Positions 9,505 to 20,500 are shown, counted from the stretch's first letter. The stretch is DNA of 42,270 nucleotides from Candidatus Zixiibacteriota bacterium (GCA_024278515.1 JAJRTA010000121.1:1-42270), one strand, 5' to 3'. Notes: generated from the letters alone by a model not told the origin. Numbers and translations are program-made.

Positions 9505-9698
9505 AACGCATCTCCTAAAGAGTTTTTCCCCTCTCTTTAACAAACGAAGCGTACTCAATACAAATTGCGGTGAGGAAACAGAGATGCCTATTTTGAAATA
9601 CCTATCACCTCCTTTAGCAGACTTCAAATCTCCCCGACAATCCAAAGCCTGCTCAATAATTGCACAATTCTTCCATATAATAGTTTTTTGACATACAC

Positions 9699-10016
9699 CT
9701 AAGAGGCCATAACCCTCTTTAACTTCTTGATAGCACGCCACTTATAAATATTCACAACCTGTTGAGCAACCCCTAAAATTTCCGCAATCTGACGTTCTTT
9801 CTTGCCTTTCAGGTAATATTTTATCACCTGCTTCTGACGCTTTGACAGAGAATGGTCTATGTGCCACCTCAGGCGGTTTCGAAATTTATCCAATGCGGGG
9901 CTTTTCGCTCCGCAGCCATCCCCGGTATGATAAGCCGACTGTTCATTGGCGAAAGATTCCAGGAACAGCTTATCGACCATCACTTCCGCGAAATCACTTT
10001 CCCTCTTTGGTGGCAT
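9699..10016 (-). CDS. Stand-alone sigma-70 region-4/LuxR-like HTH protein
   Basis: LSKRQKQVIKYYLKGKKERQIAEILGVAQQVVNIYKWRAIKKLK; 105 aa, no recognisable sigma region 2. Confidence 0.8.
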   Translation of the reverse strand: MPPKRESDFAEVMVDKLFLESFANEQSAYHTGDGCGAKSPALDKFRNRLRWHIDHSLSKRQKQVIKYYLKGKKERQIAEILGVAQQVVNIYKWRAIKKLKRVMAS

Positions 10017-10032
10017 TATATCATGCTCCGTC

Positions 10033-10710
10033 TCAATAGCTTAAATAGTAATCCTTACAAATTGCTTTAAGCTGTTGCATACTGATTGAATACTCGGCGG
10101 CGGTCTTTATGCTGATTTCATATAGCGCGACTTTGCGCTCCTGCGAAGTAAGATCTTTGGGTAATTCGGAATACAGCTTTCCATAATAAGTAAGCACCTG
10201 CTCGCGCAGGGCGGGAGTGATTTGTTCGGCGGATGTTTTTTCCGGTAGTTTCTCAGGCTGGGGCTCTTGTACGGCAGGTTGTGTTTCGGGCTGTTCGACG
10301 ACAGCTTCGGAAGATGATGGTTTCGAAGGTTCTGCCTTGACGACAGCTTTCGGTTTGCTTTGAGTTTGTGTTGTCGGAGAAAGATTGGGATTGGTCTGAA
10401 TCTTTGCTTTGGGGCGTTGTTTTGGGTGAGCCACTACCGAGTCGAGGAACCCGACCAACCGGCTTATCTCAGCCCGGTAAAGACCGTCACGCTCAGCCAG
10501 AGAATCGGCGAAAGCTTCCTCCTGAAGTTTTAGCAGAGCTTTCAGCGAGTCGACATCCTGTTGAAGCATAACCAGTTGCTTGCCTGAATAATCCTTCCCA
10601 TGTTCAAACGCCTCACGACGCTGATCTGTTCCCCGCACACTTTTTATGTATGTCACCGTAACCACCACCAGGAGCAGTACGGCCGCTATAAATAATCGTT
10701 TCATGATCAT
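10033..10710 (-). CDS. Hypothetical membrane-anchored coiled-coil protein with P/Q/K/E-rich linker
   Basis: N-terminal hydrophobic segment, helical region, low-complexity linker, small C-terminal helical domain; SD present. Confidence 0.7.
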   Translation of the reverse strand: MIMKRLFIAAVLLLVVVTVTYIKSVRGTDQRREAFEHGKDYSGKQLVMLQQDVDSLKALLKLQEEAFADSLAERDGLYRAEISRLVGFLDSVVAHPKQRPKAKIQTNPNLSPTTQTQSKPKAVVKAEPSKPSSSEAVVEQPETQPAVQEPQPEKLPEKTSAEQITPALREQVLTYYGKLYSELPKDLTSQERKVALYEISIKTAAEYSISMQQLKAICKDYYLSY

Positions 10711-10807
10711 CGATATTCCTATTCCTTATGTGAAAAGGAATCAGGCCCTTCAGAGCAAGTCAAGTTTTAACAGAACCGCAACGGTATGTGTACGGGCAGG
10801 GGCAGAA

Positions 10808-11530
10808 TTACTTTCTTAGTCTCAGAATAAGAAAAATCCAGGGGCGAACCATCGACCACCAGCCGATAAACGGCCTTATCTTGCTGTAATTGGTCTTCTC
10901 AGCCGGATAAACCATCGCAACCGGAACTTCGACTATACGAAAGCCGAGGGTGGCCGTTTTGTAATGAATGTAGTATTCCATTTCGTAGCGGCCCAGCCAG
11001 TCCTGTTCGATATTGATCCGAGGGTGGTTAAAAATATTCAGCCGGTAGGCCCGAAAGCCGCATGTAATGTCGGTACCCTGGAATCGCAGGAAGATATTAA
11101 CAATGGCCGTAAACAGGCGGATCGTAATTTTACGAAAAGTCGGAAGGTTGGGTGACCTTCCTCCCTCAAGGTATCGTGACCCCTGCACATAGTCGGCGCG
11201 GTTATCGAGAATCGGCTCAATCAATTTCGGTATTTCTTCCGGTTGCATCTTACCGTTGCCGGCCATGATCACGATAATCTCGTAGCCTTGTTTGCGAGCA
11301 TATTTGACGGCATCCCTTATACCCGCGCCAACACCGAGATTTGTGTCATGCCGTATAACCGCATGACCCAACGACGACAAAAACTGCTCGGTGCCATCAT
11401 TGGAGCCATCATCGACAAACAGAAGGTCATAACTTCCATCGGAGGAGAACCTGGGAACGAGCGATTTCAGCTTTTCCCCCTCGTTGTATGTCACAACAGT
11501 AACGAGGACCTCAGACAAGCTATCCCCCAT
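10808..11530 (-). CDS. GT2 glycosyltransferase, DPM1/polyprenol-phosphate sugar synthase-like
   Basis: TYNEGE, FVDDGSNDGT, NLGVGAG, VQGSRY, TDITCGFRAY, VEVPV. Confidence 0.88.
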   Translation of the reverse strand: MGDSLSEVLVTVVTYNEGEKLKSLVPRFSSDGSYDLLFVDDGSNDGTEQFLSSLGHAVIRHDTNLGVGAGIRDAVKYARKQGYEIIVIMAGNGKMQPEEIPKLIEPILDNRADYVQGSRYLEGGRSPNLPTFRKITIRLFTAIVNIFLRFQGTDITCGFRAYRLNIFNHPRINIEQDWLGRYEMEYYIHYKTATLGFRIVEVPVAMVYPAEKTNYSKIRPFIGWWSMVRPWIFLILRLRK

Positions 11531-12110
11531 CGGGAAGTTTTATCACTACCTTGTTTTCGAGCCGATACTTTCGACCACACGAGCAGGTAACGACATCCCC
11601 GCGTTCGACCGCATCTCCATCGAGACGTTCGGCGCAGGCGCAGACATAACCGGCAATTCGAGCCGGATTGCCCAGCCAGAGGGTGAAGTCGGGGGCATCC
11701 TTGGTAAGCACCGCACCGGCTCCGATAAAAGCAAAACGGCCCACCGTGTGCCCGGCAATAATCACCGCGTTGGCTCCTATGGTAGCGCCAAGGCGAATAA
11801 GAGTACGATCCGGCTGGTCATGAAAGACCTTGCTGCGTGGCTTGATGTCGTTGGTGAAAACAGCGTTGGGACCGATAAAGACATCGTCTTCGATGGTAAC
11901 GCCCGTCCAGAGCGAGACGCCGTTCTTTACAGTTACCCGGTCGCCGATTGTTACATCGTGCTCGACAAAGCAGTGATCGCAAATGTTGCAGTCGGCACCG
12001 ATTACAGCCCTTTCCTGAATGTTCGAGAAAGCCCAGATACGGGTGCCCGTGCCGATATTACTACTGTCGCAGATTGCTTTCGGATGCACGAAATATTCAG
12101 AGTCGGCCAT
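11520..12110 (-). CDS. Hexapeptide-repeat sugar N-acetyltransferase (WbpD/FdtC-like) with C-terminal Cys pairs
   Basis: IGTGTRIWAF, IEDDVFIGPNAVFTND, GATIGANA, GNPAR, CAC...CSCG. Confidence 0.88.
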   Translation of the reverse strand: MADSEYFVHPKAICDSSNIGTGTRIWAFSNIQERAVIGADCNICDHCFVEHDVTIGDRVTVKNGVSLWTGVTIEDDVFIGPNAVFTNDIKPRSKVFHDQPDRTLIRLGATIGANAVIIAGHTVGRFAFIGAGAVLTKDAPDFTLWLGNPARIAGYVCACAERLDGDAVERGDVVTCSCGRKYRLENKVVIKLPDGG

Positions 12111-12114
12111 AAAC

Positions 12115-13131
12115 TCAATCCAGTTCAATCACCCGGCTGTTTTCACGAATAGAACGATTGGCCGCTTCCAGAATACGCACAACTCTCAGGCCGGCATCAG
12201 CATCGGTTTTTGGGGCCCGGTTTTCATTTACGGCTTTGTAAAACTCGGCGCTGGCCAGTTTGAGCGCTTCCGTGGAATCAAGGCGGGGAGCAAGCATGTC
12301 ACCGGTGCGATACTGAACGAGAATATCATAGATCGCGTTCTTGTCCTCGATCATCTCCACCCCGCGCTCGTATACTTTGACTTTCTCCGATGGATCGGTG
12401 TCGTCATAGATAACCATCTGACGTGATCCGGACAGCAGTGTCTTGCGTACTTTGACCGGAGCCAGCCAGTTGACATGAATATGGCCGAGTAAATTGCCTT
12501 CATAATAAGTGGAGATGGAGGCGATATTCTCGATATCGGTATCGAAATGGGCCATGCCGGTAGCGGCGATCGCTTTGGGTTGACGATCCAACAGGTAATC
12601 CATGATCGACACATCATGCGGGGCCAGGTCCCATATCACGTTGACATCATGCTGGAACAGGCCGAGATTGACCCGCACTGAATCGAAATAATACAGCTCC
12701 CCCAGGGTGCCGTCATCAACCAGTTTCCTGATCGCCTGAACCGCCCCTGTGAATATGAATGTGTGATCAACCATAATCCGGAGGTTCTTCTGTTCGGCCA
12801 GATTGATCAGCCCTTCGGCCTGTTCGACGGTCGCAGTGAACGGTTTTTCAATAAACAGATGTTTGCCGTTGGCCAGCGCTTCCATCCCGAGCGGAAAATG
12901 AGTAGAAACCGGAGTGGCTATGACCACGGCGTCAATATCGGGCGACTTGAGAATCTCGCCGGATTCCTTCGTAAATAAACGGATCGCCGGATACTGACGC
13001 CTGATAAAATCAAGCCTTTCCTCGCGCGAATCGCAGACAGCCACAACAGTGACTTCATCCATCGCGCTGAAATTCCTTACCAGGTTCGGGCCCCAGTAGC
13101 CGCAGCCGATTACACCGACTTTCATCTGCAA
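12115..13131 (-). CDS. Gfo/Idh/MocA NAD-dependent nucleotide-sugar dehydrogenase
   Basis: GVIGCGYWGPN, IATPVSTH, IEKP, WDLAPHD. Confidence 0.9.
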   Translation of the reverse strand: MQMKVGVIGCGYWGPNLVRNFSAMDEVTVVAVCDSREERLDFIRRQYPAIRLFTKESGEILKSPDIDAVVIATPVSTHFPLGMEALANGKHLFIEKPFTATVEQAEGLINLAEQKNLRIMVDHTFIFTGAVQAIRKLVDDGTLGELYYFDSVRVNLGLFQHDVNVIWDLAPHDVSIMDYLLDRQPKAIAATGMAHFDTDIENIASISTYYEGNLLGHIHVNWLAPVKVRKTLLSGSRQMVIYDDTDPSEKVKVYERGVEMIEDKNAIYDILVQYRTGDMLAPRLDSTEALKLASAEFYKAVNENRAPKTDADAGLRVVRILEAANRSIRENSRVIELD

Positions 13132-13143
13132 CCTTTCACATTG

Positions 13144-15354
13144 TCAGTACAGCGAAAATTCGCCTTTCTCATTTAAGCGTACCAGAAACATATTGTATCG
13201 TCCGATCTGGCGTCCGATCGACGGCGACAGATCACGGCCGCTTACAATCTCGTCACCGTTCGAGTCAATATAATATGAAATAACCGAATCCGACATGAAT
13301 TTAACCTCTTCCCGAATTCGCGGGTCGCCGCGATGGTTATGCCGTTCCACCGATGTTTTCGTAAGGGACGGGATGAACGAGGCGCCTCCCTGAGTCCCAT
13401 AAATATACAACGCCTCTTCGGCGTCTGCCGACGGAGTAAGATTTAACGATACGTCGACATAACCCTGTCGCTCGATGGATTGATTTATTTCTCCGGGCAG
13501 CAACTCTATGAAAGCATACTGTCTGAAAGCGGCGATATCGATCCGTTCCAGTCGCGCATACTCAGTATAGGTCGGCTTGGAGTAAAAATGGCGGCGTAAC
13601 GGTTCCTGTCCGAGGATATATGAGCCGGTGCGTCGGCCAATTTTTACTTCGAACAGAGGCGGTTTGCCTTCAGGTACGTTCATATCTACCAACAGCCACC
13701 AGACGGACGGCACATTCTCAGGCATGAGGTCGGACAGATAGAATCTGGTCCCGGCCCGAACCTCCGGGTCATCGATACGGCAAGCGAACTCCGACCAGTT
13801 GTCGCGAGACAGGACCGGCGTCACTACTACCACAACGTACGGTATCACGACCAAAATCACCATAAGCCACCGGTATAACGGGCCTGTGTCACGAAGCAGG
13901 ATGCGGGACAGGATATACAGCGCAAAACCAATAAATCCTGCTTTGAAAACCAGGCCAGGCAATACCAAACCGTATGTTTGAGCCGATCCCATAAGCAGTG
14001 CGACCCATGATGGTTCGAACACCGCCCCGGCCGGTATCAACAGAATCGCCTGCAAAACATGGCGCCAACGGTTGGTGGATTTGTTACTCAGTTCATCATA
14101 CAGTGTTGTCACGGTCCAGGCCGCCATAATGAACAACAGCGGCAACGCATTAAAGCTGTATCGGTTGAGCGAGTGAAATATCAGATGGATTGCAGTATAG
14201 TAGCCGCTGATAAGAACAGGCCAGACAGCCAGACGAAATGACCGGAACAAAAGCACGATCATCCCGATCAGCCCGAAAAAAATTACCGCGCTGTGCAGCC
14301 AGCGTACGAAGGATTCAGGCAGAATAAACGACCGCTTGAAGGCAATATAGGGACTGCTCCACAGCCGTTCGAATTTTTTGGCGAACAAACCGAGATATTC
14401 CGGTAACCGGGGAATCAGGTCATCATACGGCTGACGTTCCCAGAAATCATCATCCACACGGTCGAGGTCGTATCCTTCATATTCAATGGATGAAGATTGC
14501 CGCAGGTTCGCACCGGCATAGGATGGATCCCGAAGAGTCGGTTGATCGAATTTGATCGAGGCCACAGTCAACCAGGCCGCAAACATGATCAGGGCGGGAA
14601 CAGCCATTATCCCCACACGGCGAATAAACCGACGAAGCGACAATTTATTTCGGGTATAGAAATAAAACCCGACAACCAGCGGGATGCTTATGAACATCGC
14701 GGTCGGCTTGTGCATGACCAACAGACCGCATACAACTCCGGCCAGAGTGAAAAAAAGTCGACGATCGGTCTCTGCTCCCCGCATCAGCAGATAGATCCCC
14801 AGCAGGATGAAGAAGCTGGTCGATGTCTCCAGCAAAAGAACCGTCGATGTCTGGATGAACGGGAAATAGATCGCGTACAACACTCCACCGACAATAGCAG
14901 CCCTCCGTCCGGCCAGTCTTCGCGCCACCAAAATCAGCATCCACAGAGCGCCGAGATCGAATAATATGCCCAGGAGTCGAGCGAAGGTAAAATCTGCAAC
15001 CGGCGCAAGCGCGAATATTGCCGCCAGCAAGGCCGGATACAGAGGGCCGGCCAGAAAAATATCATCCCGCGCCTGGGTAAGAGAAGAGGGTGTGTAAAAC
15101 TGGAAATCTATCGGTTCCCCCTGAATATATTTTTCGTAGTAATGCTTGAAGGCGTACCGGTCGGCGCGTTCATCGGATGACGTCTCCGGGCCGGAACTGT
15201 CCAGGTATGAGATCATGCCGATCGCGGCGCAGGCATATCTGCGGGCGTCCCAGATCACCGGCAACACTTCACCGGACAAAAGAAAGGCGATACGGATCAG
15301 TCCGGCGGCTATAACAACAGCCGGAACTGTTTTCCGAAACCATGTATCAGCCAT
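13144..15354 (-). CDS. ArnT/PMT-like (GT-C fold) membrane glycosyltransferase with extracytoplasmic C-terminal domain
   Basis: About 13 TM helices, WDA acidic loop after TM1, PLYP, LLLET, HKP, RY motifs; 736 aa. Confidence 0.75.
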   Translation of the reverse strand: MADTWFRKTVPAVVIAAGLIRIAFLLSGEVLPVIWDARRYACAAIGMISYLDSSGPETSSDERADRYAFKHYYEKYIQGEPIDFQFYTPSSLTQARDDIFLAGPLYPALLAAIFALAPVADFTFARLLGILFDLGALWMLILVARRLAGRRAAIVGGVLYAIYFPFIQTSTVLLLETSTSFFILLGIYLLMRGAETDRRLFFTLAGVVCGLLVMHKPTAMFISIPLVVGFYFYTRNKLSLRRFIRRVGIMAVPALIMFAAWLTVASIKFDQPTLRDPSYAGANLRQSSSIEYEGYDLDRVDDDFWERQPYDDLIPRLPEYLGLFAKKFERLWSSPYIAFKRSFILPESFVRWLHSAVIFFGLIGMIVLLFRSFRLAVWPVLISGYYTAIHLIFHSLNRYSFNALPLLFIMAAWTVTTLYDELSNKSTNRWRHVLQAILLIPAGAVFEPSWVALLMGSAQTYGLVLPGLVFKAGFIGFALYILSRILLRDTGPLYRWLMVILVVIPYVVVVVTPVLSRDNWSEFACRIDDPEVRAGTRFYLSDLMPENVPSVWWLLVDMNVPEGKPPLFEVKIGRRTGSYILGQEPLRRHFYSKPTYTEYARLERIDIAAFRQYAFIELLPGEINQSIERQGYVDVSLNLTPSADAEEALYIYGTQGGASFIPSLTKTSVERHNHRGDPRIREEVKFMSDSVISYYIDSNGDEIVSGRDLSPSIGRQIGRYNMFLVRLNEKGEFSLY

Positions 15355-15404
15355 TGTTTACCCCGCGGGATAACATCAGGGAAAGTGAACATGTCACGAC
15401 TGAT

Positions 15405-16439
15405 CTACGTCGTGCCTGACGGTGTCTCTTCATTATCTGCAGAAGCCTCATCCTCGAGCTGCTTGAGCGAGAGGTGTTCTTTTTTGAGATAAACAAAACC
15501 CATAAATGTGACCAATATGTACTGGGCGGCGTGTAAAACCAGAGCGCATGACAACGCTTCCGGTCGAGAGACACCATACGCTTCCAGCGACCAGACCGCA
15601 CCGGCATGATAGACTCCGACAAACCCGGGCGAGGAGGGCACGAGAATGGAAACCGAAACCACTACCAGCACCACGAACGAGGCGTCCAGAGGAAGGTTCA
15701 GCCCGAATGCGCGAAATACGAACAGGTTGGATATCCCCATCAGGATCCAGATGAACAGGGTTTGCAGTCCGATCCAGCCGGTTACTTTCTTGTCGCCAAG
15801 AAATTCAAGACCACGTGAGAACTTTACAAGAATCGAAACGATCACCTGCTTCCCTTTCTCGGGGATAAAGAACAGGTACCGCCCGATGGCCCGGCCGGTC
15901 TGTTCCGGACGACGCGCCAGGATGAAGATCATAATAAGACCGACCAGGGCTACGGCAATCGCAACAGCCAGCCCCAGACGCATCGATTCATCAAGATGTA
16001 TTCGTGAAAAGTACAGCACCGAACCAAAGATCAAAAGAAGAGCGACCAGGTCAAAGACCATCCGCTCGACAAAAATCGTAGCCAGCGAGGCGGACTTGGT
16101 TATCTGCTTATGTTGTGATGAAAGCGAATAGGCGCGGACAAACTCACCAAGCCGTAACGGCAGGACATTGTTGGCCATGAAGCCGATCCAGGTAGCGGCA
16201 ATCAGTTTGGAGAAGGGTACTTTTCCGATTGGGGCCACCATATATTTCCAGCGATAGGCGCGCTGGTACATAGTGAAAAAAATCAAGGCGATGTTGGGAA
16301 TAAGCCAGACATAACTGGCCCCTTTCAGAGCCGACCAGAGCTCCCCGAAATGAATATTACGAAACAGCGCCCAGATCAGACCAGCCGAGATGGCCAGTCC
16401 CAGGGAAAAATAAAATGTTCTTTTGCCACGAATTGTCAT
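15405..16439 (-). CDS. Lysylphosphatidylglycerol-synthase TM/UPF0104 flippase-like membrane protein
   Basis: RAYRWK, GFMANNVLPLRLGEFVR, ERMVFD, PSSPGFVGVYH. Confidence 0.88.
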   Translation of the reverse strand: MTIRGKRTFYFSLGLAISAGLIWALFRNIHFGELWSALKGASYVWLIPNIALIFFTMYQRAYRWKYMVAPIGKVPFSKLIAATWIGFMANNVLPLRLGEFVRAYSLSSQHKQITKSASLATIFVERMVFDLVALLLIFGSVLYFSRIHLDESMRLGLAVAIAVALVGLIMIFILARRPEQTGRAIGRYLFFIPEKGKQVIVSILVKFSRGLEFLGDKKVTGWIGLQTLFIWILMGISNLFVFRAFGLNLPLDASFVVLVVVSVSILVPSSPGFVGVYHAGAVWSLEAYGVSRPEALSCALVLHAAQYILVTFMGFVYLKKEHLSLKQLEDEASADNEETPSGTT

Positions 16440-16441
16440 TA

Positions 16442-17551
16442 TCAGTCAGCCAGTACTTCTTTTACAACCTTCTCGAATTTAGCCGCGGCATCATCCCAGT
16501 TAAACTTATCGGCCCATTCGAGGCCGCCCTTTTCCAGGTTTGCTCTCAGCTTATCATCGGTCAGGATGGCCAGGAGTTTCCCGGCCAGCTGATCAATATC
16601 ACCGTACTCGTACAGAAACCCGGTTCGACCGTCTCGGACCGAGTCGCGCAATCCGGGGGAGTCGGCCGCGACAACAGTAGTGCCGACAGCGTTGGCTTCG
16701 ATATTGGTCAAGCCCCAGCCTTCCTTGAGACTGGGTAACACCGCAACATGAGAGCGGCGCAGAGTGTCGACCTTTACCTCCGGTGAAACAAAACCGGGGA
16801 ATTCCACCTGTTCAGCACAACCCAACTGTCCGGCTAAAGCTTTGAGCGTATCGAGATAATCACCGGCGCCGACAATTTTCAGACGGGCTTCGGGCAGTTT
16901 TTCACGAACTTTTACAAAAGCGCGAATCAGGTGGTGTATTGATTTGTACTTTTTCAGTCGCCCCAGATATAATATCGTCGGTTCATCGTACTTGCTGACA
17001 GAGCTGTCCGGATAATAGGTATCACGATCAATTCCGCAGTGCACAACCGAGATATCTTCGCGCGGTATCCCCCGCGCCACCATATCATCGGCGGTCGATT
17101 CTGAGATAACGTTGAAGTGCAAACCTCGATAGACCGGAATCAGGGGGCGTTCGGCCAGATAGATATAGCTGCCGAGCACGAAATTGATTTCATGAAAAAC
17201 GGTTGTGGCAAACAGGTGCGGAACGACCACAAGAGTTTTCAGATTCAGGTAAAGCGGTGTGTAAAACGGTATCTTGTTGATATCTTCGATGAGAATATCG
17301 AACCGGTTCTCACGGACAATCCGCCTGAGATGAAACGGCGCCACCAGGTTGAAATTAAAACGATTACCCCGGCGAATTATCCGGATTCCCTCGATCACTT
17401 CTTCCGGGCGGCAACCCTTGAACCCGGAACAGAATAAAGTAACCTCATGGCCGAACCTGACCAGTCGTCGAAGCAGTTCTTCAAGGTGTACCTCGGCCCC
17501 GCCGCCGTAAGGATTCTTGAGATCGTTCCAGTTCAGGGCCAGAATTTTCAT
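16442..17551 (-). CDS. GT4 glycosyltransferase
   Basis: GGAEVH, YLGRLKKYK, PSLKEGWGLTNIEANA. Confidence 0.92.
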   Translation of the reverse strand: MKILALNWNDLKNPYGGGAEVHLEELLRRLVRFGHEVTLFCSGFKGCRPEEVIEGIRIIRRGNRFNFNLVAPFHLRRIVRENRFDILIEDINKIPFYTPLYLNLKTLVVVPHLFATTVFHEINFVLGSYIYLAERPLIPVYRGLHFNVISESTADDMVARGIPREDISVVHCGIDRDTYYPDSSVSKYDEPTILYLGRLKKYKSIHHLIRAFVKVREKLPEARLKIVGAGDYLDTLKALAGQLGCAEQVEFPGFVSPEVKVDTLRRSHVAVLPSLKEGWGLTNIEANAVGTTVVAADSPGLRDSVRDGRTGFLYEYGDIDQLAGKLLAILTDDKLRANLEKGGLEWADKFNWDDAAAKFEKVVKEVLAD

Positions 17552-20500
17552 TGACTGTCCTGATTATTCCGACCCTGCCGGCGTCCCTGCCTTCGCAGAT
17601 CGGTCAGCATCGCCCTTATCTGGCCGTCACGCGGATTAAACTGCAGCCACCGGGCCAGTAAGCTGTCCATCGCGGCCGGGCGGTTGTCCTCGAAGTACAG
17701 CCGGATAAGTTCATCCAGAGCCGGACGGTATTTCGGACTGGAATGCAACATAGCCTGAAGCATTTGCTCCGCGGTTGCGTTGTCATCATTTGTGCGATGA
17801 CCCCGGGCAAGCAATACCTGCAACCATTCGCGATCACCGGCCTGTGCGTCGGCGATAAGTTCAGTAAGCTGTTCTACTTTGCCCGTTTCAGCATAGAGAG
17901 AAGCAAGGAACTCGACCGCATCGCCCGAATGTGGAATCAGGTCCACCGCGTGCCGGATCAGTTTCTCCGCTTTTTCAAGATCACCGGCCTTTCGAAGCGT
18001 GTCGGCCACCACCAGAAACCCGTTGGCGTAATTACCGGTAAGACGACGGGCTGTTTCATTTTTGTAAACTGTCGGATCTGCTACCGAGCGCGCCTGAAAG
18101 CGGCCCTCGGTCAGGAAGAAATCCAAAGAGGCCTCGATATCCACCCGGCGGCCACCCGCCTCCTCGTTGAGCTTCCACATCATCCCGCTGAGTGAAAGCA
18201 TCGAGTCGATTTTTCTCCCCAGGTAATACTTGGAGCCTCCCCCCATTGAAACTGCATAGTTGATGGGACGCTTACCGAGATACGAATAGATAATCTTATC
18301 CTGCACCATGCTGTTTAATCGGAAGGTCCTTCCGTACGGTACGCCGAGGGCATACAGGCTGTCCTTTTCCTGTTCTGACACCGCAAGGTAATCATACAGC
18401 GATTTATCAATATACTGTTGCCGTTGTACCAGGGTCATACTGTCGGGAATATGGAACGGCCGCAACTCGTCGATATGCTTGTTGCTCCAGCCGAGATCAA
18501 GGCCCATCGCGTCCTGAATCTGCTTGATATACCATTTCGTGTTGGCCAGCGCGAGACAGATTATAGTGACATCAGTGCGAATTCCGTAAACTCCCTGCAT
18601 GCACCACAACGGGAAAGTGTCGTTGTCGCCATTCGTGAACAGGACCGCATTTTCCTCAGCGCTGTCCAGCAGGTTCCAGGCATAATCCCACGGTGTCCAG
18701 TCGCGTGAACGGTCACAATAGAAATAATTACCCGACAGAGCCAGTGACGGCAACAGTAGAAGCGCCGTGCTCGAAGCAATTATTACCTTACGCGGACCGG
18801 GAGAGAACTTTTCAACCGACTGTCTCAGGTATTGCAGAACAACAGCAATGCCGAAGCCTATCGACAGACCGAAAAGGATAAACCCTGAGGTAAAGAAGTA
18901 GTCACGTTCGCGAACCTCGATGTAGTCCTGACCGGCCGGAGTCATACGCGTGCCGTCGGCAAAGTTCATATACAGAACCAGCCCCACTGTACTCAGCAAA
19001 ATCAAGACCACGAACGGCAACCCGATTGTCGGTCGCCTGCGTACAATCTCCCACAGGCCGAACAGGCCGAGCAAAAACAGTATCACGAATCTCGGGCCGG
19101 TAAGTCCGTACTGTTTCTGGAAAAAGTGCTAGAAACCCATTCGACGGTAATTGCCGAACTGGTTCTCCCATTCGCCGCGACGTTTGAACATCCGCTCCAC
19201 CATGCCCATCGAACCGTACTGTTTGCGTTCGAGAAAGTTGATCGTCGCCTGGTAACCGTCGGACGGCTTGTTTTCATCGAGATACGGATTCTGTGCTGAG
19301 CGAATCGGAATAAACAGGTTCACAGAAAATCCGAATGCCGCCACCACGATGATTATCAATGCCGATTTCCAGCGCGGCATTTTGAACAACAGTCCAAGCG
19401 CAAGAACGATAAGCAACCCGACTCCGGTCGCATAGAAATACAATTCAAGACCGATAACCACAGTCGAAATACAAACAAGCGCGGCAAGGATCGGCCAGTT
19501 GATCTCACGCCACTGAAACAATACCAGAACGATCAATGCAATTACCGACAACACAAGGAACGGAATATATCCTTTCGGTACGTATAAAAGCAGCACCATG
19601 AGAGCGGCGGCCAGTATAAACCATGCCTGAATCCTGAAACGTGATTTTTGATCTCGTGAGGTACCGCCCGAAAGGTACTTGCTTAGACAGTACAGCCCAT
19701 AAAGTATCATCGCCCCAAACGCAATCTGCCCGATCAGTGTGGCGGCGCTCATGGCCGGACTGGGACCCGCCACAACCTTTCCCGGTTGAGTGGTGGCCGT
19801 TTCGACAGCCTTAACATACAGGGGAGCGATACTGACCAGAAAACCGCCGCATAGATACAGAAAAACGGCCGGTATTTTATCGAATGAAAAAATATAGAAA
19901 AGGTACAGGGTGAGAACCATGACCACGGGAAGGTAGTACGGAATCTCCCCCTCGCGCGAGGACAGCGCGAAAACCATGTACAGCTCGGCCAGGAAAAACA
20001 GCGCCACGCCAAACCAGGTCGAGGCCGGCGCTTCTTTGCGGATCACAAACAACAGGGCGGCCACCGGCAGGACGAGAAATGTGACCATGTGCACACCGAT
20101 TCCCAAAAACGAGACAAATACGATAAGCAGCATAATGCGTTCGGCAGTGAGACTGCCCCGCAGGTCCTTATAAACGAAAGTCAGCCAGAGAGCGCCTGAG
20201 CTGATCATCATGGCCATTCCATAAACTTCGGCCTCTATCGAATTGGTCCAGTTGGTCAGACTGAAAGCGGCGAACAATGCCCCTGCGGCCGCGCCACCGT
20301 AAATCAGCAGACGTGTGAAAGCAGAAGCGGTTTCATCGAACCAGTGACGAAGAATCCGCACACCGGTCAGGTAACAGAAAAGGGCGGTGAAAGCCGAGCA
20401 GAAACCGGACAGGAAATTCAGTCTGACACCGATATCCGACACTACCGGTATCAGTGAAAAAATCCGTCCGATCATAACATACAACGGCGAACCGGGCGGA

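Noticed and set aside
9319-9741. 140-aa version of the small ORF
   Set aside because: Its start lies inside the HTH gene without an SD; ATG 9504 has a well-spaced SD.
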